Shown one piece after another: positions 57,795 to 64,000 of a stretch of DNA of 64,000 nucleotides. Position numbers and translations under genes: made by a program. This DNA comes from a virus, in the IMG/VR virus record IMGVR_UViG_3300017991_000013, positions 5,917 to 69,916 of that record; one strand, given 5' to 3'. Numbering within the stretch: the stretch's first letter is position 1; every line of letters begins with the position of its first letter. The notes below the pieces were generated by a model. The model made no database searches. It was not told where the DNA came from and saw only the letters and a list, made by a program, of their open reading frames with translations.

Positions 57795-57867
57795 CCCTAA
57801 GTCTCACGCTTTCAATGACTTAGGGAGCGAAAATAAAGTTTACTTTGGGGGCTCCATCGATTAGGAT
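57795..57867 (+). promoter_or_regulatory. sigma70-like promoter with upstream inverted repeat
   Basis: TTTACT (57839-44), 17-bp spacer, TAGGAT (57862-67); A-rich UP-like tract; IR CCCTAAGTC-13-GACTTAGGG. Confidence 0.6.
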
Positions 57868-57873
57868 AGAGGT

Positions 57874-58204
57874 GTACCACAGATCGAAGAGCCAAGAACG
57901 AAGGCGAACCGAGGGCGCCCGCACCAAGACCCTCGACCGCGGGACGGAGGGACGGCCCCGCAGCTCCGACCGGTTCGAGTCCGGCGAGCCCAAGGCGAAC
58001 CCTCCCAGCCCGTTAGTCGCGCCTTGACAATTCGAGCCGCAGGAGCCACCCCAGCGGAGGGTAATACTCGGCGCAACGTCGAGACCTCGGGGCACGCATC
58101 TTCAGTGCTAGAGGGATAGTACGCTGGACACGACTCCGGAGTTGGATCGGGTAAGCCTAGCCCGACCTTCACGCAAGGCGGCCAAGATAGCTAGTCCTCA
58201 AACA
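57874..58204 (+). ncRNA. candidate structured RNA/leader, unassigned
   Basis: No convincing ORF; many hairpins, a T-loop-like arm and a possible pseudoknot. Confidence 0.4.
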
Positions 58205-58279
58205 GCCGAAAGCGTGGCGAGAGATCGCCGCGCTTGTCCGCGGGAACCCACCCGCCGCGGGCCTGATGAGGCAGGGTGG
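58205..58279 (+). ncRNA. hammerhead ribozyme 1 (type II)
   Basis: GCC-GAAA, stem III GCGTGGCGA/TCGCCGCGC, CUU cut after 58235, stem I GTCCGCGG/CCGCGGGC, CTGATGA-GGC, pseudoknot CCACCC/GGGTGG. Confidence 0.9.
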
Positions 58280-58319
58280 AACTTTGGGGCACGGCGCCCC
58301 GCAACAGGAGGACAGCAAG

Positions 58320-58637
58320 ATGGCGAAGAACAAGAAGAGCACCAGCAAGGGCACCACCAAGAAGGCCGCCACCAAGAAGGCCGCGCCGGTCGACCACACC
58401 GAGACGGTTGCCAAGAAGTTCCAGGCAGTCGTCGCCGAGGTGTACGGAGCCGACGTTCCCGACAAGATCGTGGTGCGGGTGAACAAGCTCGCGGCCTCGA
58501 TCCAGAAGGGAATCCAGAGCGCGGTCCGGAAGGCCGAGCGCGAGGCGAACAAGGGTGCCAAGCTCGCGGCCAAGAAGGAGAAGCTCGCGGCCAAGATCGC
58601 CAAGCTCCAGGCACAGATCGAAAAGCTCAACGACTAG
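58320..58637 (+). CDS. Lys/Ala-rich small protein with C-terminal coiled coil
   Basis: AGGAGGACAGCA SD; ends KIAKLQAQIEKL. Confidence 0.8.
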   Translation: MAKNKKSTSKGTTKKAATKKAAPVDHTETVAKKFQAVVAEVYGADVPDKIVVRVNKLAASIQKGIQSAVRKAEREANKGAKLAAKKEKLAAKIAKLQAQIEKLND

Positions 58638-58642
58638 CACGA

Positions 58643-58707
58643 GCCGAAACCCCGCCTCGCGGCGGGGTCTCTGCGGGCTACCCTCCCGCGGACTGATGAG
58701 GCAGGGT
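58643..58707 (+). ncRNA. hammerhead ribozyme 2 (type II)
   Basis: GCC-GAAA, CCCCGCC/GGCGGGG, GUC cut after 58669, TCTGCGGG/CCCGCGGA, CTGATGA-GGC, ACCCT/AGGGT. Confidence 0.93.
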
Positions 58708-58730
58708 GAAAGGGAAAAGGAGGACAGCAG

Positions 58731-59030
58731 ATGGCAGGTACGTTGAAGTCGTACGAGGCCGAAGAGCGGAACAGCAAGAAGCGGATAAGGTCCGCGGAGT
58801 TCCTGCTCTTCGCCCAGTCGCACGAACTCGAACAGCTCGAACGACAGCTGGCCGAACTGCCCCGGCGGATCAAGGCCCTTCAGGGCAAGGTCGCCGCGGG
58901 GCGGGAGAAGCTGGCGAAGTACGAGCGCTTCCACAAGAAGCAGTTCGGCGACCCGCGCCAGAAGGAAGTGCTCAAGATGAAGGAGCAGCTGGAGCGGTTG
59001 AAGCGGGACCTACGTCGGTTGGAGAGCTAG
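58731..59030 (+). CDS. small coiled-coil protein
   Basis: Conserved SD cassette; 99 aa. Confidence 0.75.
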   Translation: MAGTLKSYEAEERNSKKRIRSAEFLLFAQSHELEQLERQLAELPRRIKALQGKVAAGREKLAKYERFHKKQFGDPRQKEVLKMKEQLERLKRDLRRLES

Positions 59031-59101
59031 TGCCGAAACCCCGCCCGCGTGGCGGGGTCGCCCCGGGGACATCCCCTCCCGGGGCCTGATGAGGCAGGGG
59101 A
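59031..59101 (+). ncRNA. hammerhead ribozyme 3 (type II)
   Basis: TGCC-GAAA, CCCCGCC/GGCGGGG, GUC cut after 59059, GCCCCGGG/CCCGGGGC, CTGATGA-GGCA, TCCCCT/AGGGGA. Confidence 0.93.
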
Positions 59102-59119
59102 CCAACAGGAGGACGGCAG

Positions 59120-59245
59120 ATGGACGAGCACTACAAAGCGTACGAGGAGTACGTGATGGGCCTGCGCCCGTGGGACGCCGAGGTTGCGGCGTACTACAAG
59201 GCGTGGCGCGAGTCGCACCTCTCGAAGTGGGAGGCGACCCGATGA
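59120..59245 (+). CDS. 41-aa protein (below the ORF-track cutoff)
   Basis: AGGAGGAC SD; MDEHYKAYEEYVMGLRPWDAEVAAYYKAWRESHLSKWEATR. Confidence 0.7.
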   Translation: MDEHYKAYEEYVMGLRPWDAEVAAYYKAWRESHLSKWEATR

Positions 59246-59478
59246 CTGTGCGCGAACTGATGGAGGTGCTTCGGGACTACGACCCCGAGGCAGAGGTGCG
59301 GGTCGCGCAAGACTCGCACGACCACTGGCGGACGACCCTCGCCCGCCCGCTCGACACCGTGTCGAACCAGCTCGTGGTTTTCTCGCGGTACCACGAATTC
59401 GACGTCGTGGTCGACGAGGACGACGAGGACGCGGTCGACGGCACGAACGCGGTGATCCTGAGCCACGGGGCTCTCTAG
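59242..59478 (+). CDS. small acidic phage protein (MTV.EL.E.L..YDP.AEV family)
   Basis: ATGA overlap; common phage N-terminal motif. Confidence 0.75.
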   Translation: MTVRELMEVLRDYDPEAEVRVAQDSHDHWRTTLARPLDTVSNQLVVFSRYHEFDVVVDEDDEDAVDGTNAVILSHGAL

Positions 59479-59542
59479 CCGAAACCGCCCTTCGGGGCGG
59501 TCGTCCCGGGTTACCCTCCCGGGGCCTGATGAGGCAGGGTAA
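59478..59542 (+). ncRNA. hammerhead ribozyme 4 (type II)
   Basis: GCC-GAAA, CCGCCC-TTCG-GGGCGG, GUC cut after 59502, GTCCCGGG/CCCGGGGC, CTGATGA-GGC, TTACCCT/AGGGTAA. Confidence 0.95.
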
Positions 59543-59562
59543 GGGAATAGGAGGACAGCAAG

Positions 59563-59892
59563 ATGAGTAGACGCATGACCAAGGTGGAGTTCCACTACTG
59601 CGGAGTCTTCATGGTGAAGGTCGATCAGGCGATTAACCTGTGGGACCTCTTCACCCTGAGCGACGACGTACACCGGGCTCGGGTCCACCTGCTCTGTGAC
59701 TCGGACCTGAAGATCCTGCACGAAGCGGGCATCTCGGCCCGCGACATCTGTTGGCTGGTCAGCAGAACCGGCACATCGTTCCAAGCGGTGGAGTTCTTCC
59801 GCACCGCGCACCAGCTCGGCGACGACGTCCCCGCATGGACCGACGAGATTTACCACGCGAGGGGCGAGGCGCTCGCCGGACTGAATCCGTAG
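59563..59892 (+). CDS. hypothetical protein
   Basis: Conserved SD cassette. Confidence 0.7.
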   Translation: MSRRMTKVEFHYCGVFMVKVDQAINLWDLFTLSDDVHRARVHLLCDSDLKILHEAGISARDICWLVSRTGTSFQAVEFFRTAHQLGDDVPAWTDEIYHARGEALAGLNP

Positions 59893-59896
59893 CACA

Positions 59897-59962
59897 GCCG
59901 AAACCGCCCTTCGGGGCGGTCTCCGCGAGACCCACCCTCTCGTGGACTGATGAGGCAGGGTG
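59897..59962 (+). ncRNA. hammerhead ribozyme 5 (type II)
   Basis: GCC-GAAA, CCGCCC-TTCG-GGGCGG, GUC cut after 59921, TCCGCGAG/CTCGTGGA, CTGATGA-GGC, CACCCT/AGGGTG. Confidence 0.95.
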
Positions 59963-59979
59963 AACGATAGGAGGACAGC

Positions 59980-60189
59980 ATGTACACGAGCACGAACTTC
60001 AAGACGAAGAAGGCTCTCAAGGAAGCGGTCGCCGCCGGAGAAGAGGTGCGGGTCTACCAGCCCGGCCCGATCGGAGGCGCGCCGCCCCGCGACGGAGTCG
60101 TCTGCGTCGAGGGTCCGCACTACCCGAAGCCGCACCGCTGGTACGCGCAGGTCACCCTCAAGGATGGCAAGGTCGTCAAGGTCAGCTAG
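59980..60189 (+). CDS. conserved small phage protein (NFKTKKALKEAV..EGPHYP.PH.WYA)
   Basis: Conserved SD cassette; 69 aa. Confidence 0.8.
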   Translation: MYTSTNFKTKKALKEAVAAGEEVRVYQPGPIGGAPPRDGVVCVEGPHYPKPHRWYAQVTLKDGKVVKVS

Positions 60190-60259
60190 CCGAAACCGCC
60201 CCGACCACTGGGGCGGTCTGCCGCGTGGGGCCCACCCGCGGCACTGATGAGGCAAGGGC
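60189..60259 (+). ncRNA. hammerhead ribozyme 6 (type II)
   Basis: GCC-GAAA, CCGCCCC/GGGGCGG, GUC cut after 60218, TGCCGCG/CGCGGCA, CTGATGA-GGC, GCCC/GGGC. Confidence 0.9.
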
Positions 60260-60341
60260 AGGGGAGAGTGGTCGCGTGACCACGCCCCGTCGTTTTAGGT
60301 CGCGCCCCTCGGCTGGGGTGCTTTGTTCAAAGGAGGCAGAG

Positions 60342-60638
60342 ATGCCCGAGAACAAGAAGGGACAGCAGAAGGTGGAGAAGAAGGCAGAGGGTCCGAAGGA
60401 GATTCCCGCGTTCAAGGACGAGGAAGGCAAGCTCGTCAAGCTGAGTGCGAAGAACTTCCCCAAGACCAAGGAAGGCCGCATGGCCTTCTGCGACTACCAG
60501 GTCCTGCGCTGGACCGCCAAGAAGGACCGCATCTCCAAGGCGGGCGACCCCAAGCAGAAGAAGCTGGCCAAGATCGAGAAGATGAAGGCCATGATCGCCA
60601 AGCTGGAGAAGGAACTCGGCGGCGACGACTCCGAGTAA
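60342..60638 (+). CDS. Lys-rich small protein with C-terminal coiled coil
   Basis: AAGGAGG SD; ends KIEKMKAMIAKLEKEL. Confidence 0.8.
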   Translation: MPENKKGQQKVEKKAEGPKEIPAFKDEEGKLVKLSAKNFPKTKEGRMAFCDYQVLRWTAKKDRISKAGDPKQKKLAKIEKMKAMIAKLEKELGGDDSE

Positions 60639-60652
60639 CCGACCACCTTCGA

Positions 60653-60729
60653 GCCGAAACCCGGGGCACCCAGGAACACGCCCCGGGTCTTCGCGGGGTT
60701 ACCCCTCCCGCGGACTGACGAGGCAGGGG
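60653..60729 (+). ncRNA. hammerhead ribozyme 7 (type II)
   Basis: GCC-GAAA, CCCGGGGC/GCCCCGGG, GUC cut after 60689, TTCGCGGG/CCCGCGGA, CTGACGA-GGC, CCCCT/AGGGG. Confidence 0.92.
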
Positions 60730-60756
60730 AAACGAGGGAACAGAGGAGGACAGCAG

Positions 60757-61275
60757 ATGAAAGACGCCTACACGATAGAGGAGGTGGAGGCCGAGGTGCA
60801 GAAGTGGCACGCTCGGATCGTTCGCCTGCTCCCGCCGGTGCTCGGGCCCCGACCCCACGGTCGCCGCCGTACCAAGCTCTACAGCTTGGGCGACGACATC
60901 GAGGTCAGGTTCACGGGAACGAGACCGCGGCGGAAGATCGCCCACGGTGGGCAGCGCGGCGTGTGCTTCAACTTCTGGTACATGCGCGCGGTGCCGAGGG
61001 ACGTGTATCATCACACCGTGGTCCACGAGGTGTGCCACACCATCGCGTGCCGCATCGAGCCATGCGAGTCTCACGGCACCCTGTGGGAGTTCATCATGCG
61101 GATAGCGGGATACCAGCCCAGCCGCACCGCGAACTACTCGCAGTTCAGCCCGAGAGCAGAACAGCAGGATGAGACCTCGCGACGGATGTGGAAGCTGTAC
61201 CAGCTACGGCAGAAGCTGGCGAAGCTCGAAGAGGTAGAACGCGTAGCCGCAGAGACCCTGCCCGACGACGAGTAA
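60757..61275 (+). CDS. SprT-like zinc metalloprotease
   Basis: TVVHEVCH (HExxH) and HG..W..IM...G..P.R. Confidence 0.8.
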   Translation: MKDAYTIEEVEAEVQKWHARIVRLLPPVLGPRPHGRRRTKLYSLGDDIEVRFTGTRPRRKIAHGGQRGVCFNFWYMRAVPRDVYHHTVVHEVCHTIACRIEPCESHGTLWEFIMRIAGYQPSRTANYSQFSPRAEQQDETSRRMWKLYQLRQKLAKLEEVERVAAETLPDDE

Positions 61276-61312
61276 CTACGTCGTCGTCCTCCATAGGGGC
61301 TTGGTAGCCCCA

Positions 61313-61384
61313 GCCGAAAGGGCCCCGCTGTCCGGGGCCCTCGTTCCGAGACTCACCCTCTCGGAGCCTGATGAGGCAGGGTGA
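61313..61384 (+). ncRNA. hammerhead ribozyme 8 (type II)
   Basis: GCC-GAAA, GGGCCCCG/CGGGGCCC, CUC cut after 61342, GTTCCGAG/CTCGGAGC, CTGATGA-GGC, TCACCCT/AGGGTGA. Confidence 0.92.
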
Positions 61385-61403
61385 TGGAGAAGAGGAGGAC
61401 AGC

Positions 61404-62099
61404 ATGGACAGAATGAGAGTGATGGGGGAGCGGGCCCGACGTGGGAAACCGCGCCAGCCGATCACGCTGGAGAAGGGCGACGTCGTCTACATCGAGGACG
61501 TGCGCTCACACCACAAGCGCCAGCGCGTCGGGTTCTGCGACGGGGCAGAGGTGCTCCGCGAGTGGCGGCTCGGGTTCGAGAAGCCGCACGGCGGGTACCG
61601 CACCCACTGGCTCAACGCCGAGTGCCTCGTGATCGCCGACACTCCGGTGGACCGCAGCTACAAGTGCAAGGTCCACGTCGGGCAGGAGGTGCTCGTGGAC
61701 AAGCTCCGCTTCACGATCGAGCAGCCCGGGCCGATGGGCGGCGACAGCGCGAAGCTGGTGCCCGTGGTGACCCGCACCGTGTGCGTGTCCTGCGGCAAGC
61801 TCAAGAACTGCACCGACGCCCGCAACCCGTGGGACCCGGCGCACGACGACGTCGAGCCCTGCCCGTGGTGCTCGACCTGCCTGCGGGCAGAGCGGCGCAA
61901 GGTCGTCGAGCAGTCGGACCACTACCAGGTAGCCGACAAGCGGTCGCTCCGCGACGTCGCGGAGAAGAGGGAGCGGAAGTTCTACGGGTACAAGTTCCAA
62001 GCGAGGGGCACGCGCGAGGCCACCGAGTACGCGCTCGCGCACTACCGCTACGAGATGCGGCGGAACTGCATCGTGGTCAAGGTCGAGGCTGACGACTAG
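61404..62099 (+). CDS. hypothetical protein with zinc-binding Cys cluster
   Basis: Conserved SD cassette; CVSC..C..CPWCSTC. Confidence 0.7.
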   Translation: MDRMRVMGERARRGKPRQPITLEKGDVVYIEDVRSHHKRQRVGFCDGAEVLREWRLGFEKPHGGYRTHWLNAECLVIADTPVDRSYKCKVHVGQEVLVDKLRFTIEQPGPMGGDSAKLVPVVTRTVCVSCGKLKNCTDARNPWDPAHDDVEPCPWCSTCLRAERRKVVEQSDHYQVADKRSLRDVAEKRERKFYGYKFQARGTREATEYALAHYRYEMRRNCIVVKVEADD

Positions 62100-62206
62100 C
62101 CGAAATCGGTGGGTGAAAGCGTAGTCGGATACCGGCGCGCGGCACGCGAGTAGCCCACTGATAGTTCGGGGAACTCACCCTCCCCGAGCCTGATGAGGCA
62201 GGGTGA
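62099..62206 (+). ncRNA. hammerhead ribozyme 9 (type II, extended stem III)
   Basis: GCC-GAAA, TCGGTGGGT/GCCCACTGA around a 38-nt insert, AUA cut after 62163, GTTCGGGG/CCCCGAGC, CTGATGA-GGC, TCACCCT/AGGGTGA. Confidence 0.9.
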
Positions 62207-62223
62207 AAGAAAAGGAGGACAGC

Positions 62224-62556
62224 ATGTCAGAGGACAAGTTGCGTAAGGCGGCGGCACGGTTCCGTGCCCTCGTTGCGCGGAAGGAGAAGGTCGACTCCGA
62301 GCTTAAGGACCTGAAGGCCAAGCTCGCGGCCGCGATCCCCGCCCACGAGGAGCGGTTCGGCGTACGGCACGACGTGGCCAACACGCTGATCGTGGACAAC
62401 CGTCTGGAGAAGGCGCTCGACAAGCTCGGTCTGGGCAAGCAGGCGACCGCGACCAAGGTGTCCGTCACCAAGGTCAAGGCGCTGGCCAAGATCGACACGC
62501 GGGTACCCAAGGTGATGCGCTTCCGCAAGTCGGACCGCATCCTCGTCGTGTCCTGA
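62224..62556 (+). CDS. basic coiled-coil protein
   Basis: Conserved SD cassette. Confidence 0.75.
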   Translation: MSEDKLRKAAARFRALVARKEKVDSELKDLKAKLAAAIPAHEERFGVRHDVANTLIVDNRLEKALDKLGLGKQATATKVSVTKVKALAKIDTRVPKVMRFRKSDRILVVS

Positions 62557-63032
62557 TGAGGGCCACCAAGATGGAGTACCACGGGGACGGGTGTGGGGCC
62601 TTCGGGCCCGGGGTGCACCAGGGCGACTACGAGCGGTTCGCACGCATGGCCGCGAACGTCCTGCAGGCCAGCCCCGCGTTGGAGTTGATCCTCGAACCGG
62701 GCGACGCGACACGCTACGAGCTGGCGGTGGTACACACTGAAGAGGGACTGGTAGTCTCAAAGCTCAACGATGAGTCCCTGTGCTTCCGGGTCTACAACCC
62801 GTGGTGCCAGATGTACCAGGTACGCGAGCAGGTTCGGTACAACCCGAGAACGCAATTCCCGAACCCGCACACCATGTGCGTGATGCTCCAGCTGTGCCGC
62901 GACCTGATCGCCTACCTCGCGGGCTCTCAGCCGTCGGCCGACCCGGTCTTCGACTGGTCGGAGTACCGCGCGTACCCCGAGGGTAAGAAGCACACCGAGA
63001 CCCAGCGGGACCTGGCGAGGGAACAGGAGTAG
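62556..63032 (+). CDS. hypothetical protein
   Basis: TGATG overlap; EPGDATRYEL motif. Confidence 0.65.
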   Translation: MRATKMEYHGDGCGAFGPGVHQGDYERFARMAANVLQASPALELILEPGDATRYELAVVHTEEGLVVSKLNDESLCFRVYNPWCQMYQVREQVRYNPRTQFPNPHTMCVMLQLCRDLIAYLAGSQPSADPVFDWSEYRAYPEGKKHTETQRDLAREQE

Positions 63033-63038
63033 CGAGCG

Positions 63039-63073
63039 AAGGGGCCGTCTTTCGGGGCGGCCCCTTTTCTTTT
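63039..63073 (+). terminator. intrinsic terminator
   Basis: AAGGGGCCGTCT-TTCG-GGGCGGCCCCTT hairpin followed by TTCTTTT. Confidence 0.9.
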
Positions 63074-63164
63074 GCTAATAGTGGAGAGACCGTACGAGCG
63101 CGCTTCAACGTCGGGTGAGCGCGACCCGATCTTACAACCCGACAGCAGAGGAAGGAGAGGTACG

Positions 63165-63437
63165 ATGGCAGAGGCACTGGCACTGAAGAAGGGCGAGGTC
63201 AAGGACATCAGCGAACTGATGGTCGCGGCCGCGGGTCTGGAGAAGGCGCCCGAGGGTTTCGTGGACGAGGTGGAGACCGCGACCACGAAGCTCCTCAAGA
63301 AGCTGGGCAAGACCGTCGCCAAGGCGGAGCGCGAGGCCAAGAAGGCGGAGAAGAAGGCCGCCAAGGTCGAGAAGCTCAAGGCCCAGATGGAGAAGCTCAA
63401 CGCCGCTCTGGCCGAGCTGGCCTCCGACGAAGAGTAG
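63165..63437 (+). CDS. Lys/Ala-rich small protein with C-terminal coiled coil
   Basis: V.KAEREA.K and KVEKLKAQMEKL, similar to 58320..58637. Confidence 0.8.
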   Translation: MAEALALKKGEVKDISELMVAAAGLEKAPEGFVDEVETATTKLLKKLGKTVAKAEREAKKAEKKAAKVEKLKAQMEKLNAALAELASDEE

Positions 63438-63443
63438 CACCGA

Positions 63444-63505
63444 ACCGAAACCGCCCTCCGGGGCGGTCGTCCTCGGGTTCCGCCGAGGGCCTGACGAGGT
63501 AGGAG
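63444..63505 (+). ncRNA. hammerhead ribozyme 10 (type II)
   Basis: ACC-GAAA, CCGCCC-TCCG-GGGCGG, GUC cut after 63468, GTCCTCGG/CCGAGGGC, CTGACGA-GGT (compensatory stem II). Confidence 0.9.
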
Positions 63506-63512
63506 GTGTTAG

Positions 63513-63650
63513 ATGGCTTGCGAGATATGCGGAGGTAGCCACGACCTAGCGATGTGCGACGCCTGCGGGAAGATCGTGTGCGCGGAGCACCGCGTGCTGG
63601 TGATCGAATCCTACGAGGTGCTGTGCGACGCCTGTAACAAGAAGAGGTAA
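63513..63650 (+). CDS. 45-aa zinc-finger protein (below the ORF-track cutoff)
   Basis: AGGAGGT SD; MACEICGGSHDLAMCDACGKIVCAEHRVLVIESYEVLCDACNKKR. Confidence 0.7.
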   Translation: MACEICGGSHDLAMCDACGKIVCAEHRVLVIESYEVLCDACNKKR

Positions 63651-63659
63651 CACGCTTTC

Positions 63660-63971
63660 GTGCTGACGAAGAAGGACTGGAGGAACTACGCGCGGCAGCT
63701 GGACGAGCTGTACGACGGCGACGTCGATGGCCCGCCCCGCCTGCACTGCGCGTGGCAACTCATGACCGACGACTCACTCGTAGAACTAGACGACGAGTTG
63801 TTCGAGCGTCGACCGAACTACATCACAGCCGCGGTCTGTCTACTCGACCGACACTGCGAGCACCCCGACACGGAGGCGCTCGCCGCGGAGTTGAAGGATC
63901 GGACCTTCAAGTCAGAGGAGGAGTTTCAAGAGTGGGCGACCGAGCGATACCCGGAGGCCGCCTCCTCGTAG
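63660..63971 (+). CDS. hypothetical protein
   Basis: GTG start; GAGG upstream. Confidence 0.55.
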   Translation: MLTKKDWRNYARQLDELYDGDVDGPPRLHCAWQLMTDDSLVELDDELFERRPNYITAAVCLLDRHCEHPDTEALAAELKDRTFKSEEEFQEWATERYPEAASS

Positions 63972-64000
63972 TGCCGCCGTCGGCTCGCTGTTGGGTCAAC

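Noticed and set aside
57920-57995. tRNA gene around GGTTCGAGTCC
   Set aside because: No convincing acceptor stem, D-arm or anticodon arm could be built; kept only as a T-loop-like element
58024-58029. Perfect TTGACA -35 box
   Set aside because: No -10 hexamer at 16-18 bp spacing; lies partly within a predicted RNA stem
62553-62565. CTGATGAGG as an eleventh hammerhead
   Set aside because: It is a TGATG stop/start overlap with no upstream GAAA-stem III or stem I
58205-63505. Repeats read as a CRISPR array or as terminators
   Set aside because: Spacing is gene-sized, stems vary in sequence, there are no U-tracts or cas genes, and the hammerhead consensus explains all conserved bases
1-64000. 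Integrase/repressor module, reverse transcriptase or diversity-generating retroelement
   Set aside because: No such motifs were seen; tail-gene repeats do not show adenine-specific variation

Overview
The window is most of a GC-rich tailed-phage genome (siphovirus-like, HK97-type head), with essentially all genes on the + strand. Layout: small accessory genes (1-7.1 kb); packaging and head genes (7.3-17.5 kb), including a MuF protein with a C-terminal ADP-ribosyltransferase-like domain and a multidomain methyltransferase/nucleotidyltransferase/ligase; neck, lysis and tail genes interleaved with glycosyltransferases, a sugar epimerase and a radical SAM/SPASM enzyme (17.6-43.6 kb); replication and probable DNA-modification genes (43.7-57.7 kb: SNF2 helicase, a palindromic origin-like element, Toprim primase fused to an MCM-like helicase, GT-B, divergent ThyX, kinase-UDG fusion, PolA). 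The main finding is at 58.2-63.5 kb: ten type II hammerhead ribozymes with complete catalytic cores, covarying stems and a loop-I pseudoknot. They sit between small genes and would cut the transcript into gene-sized RNAs whose two ends could refold into a hammerhead, suggesting circular mRNAs. All calls come from reading the sequence by eye; no searches or folding programs were run.
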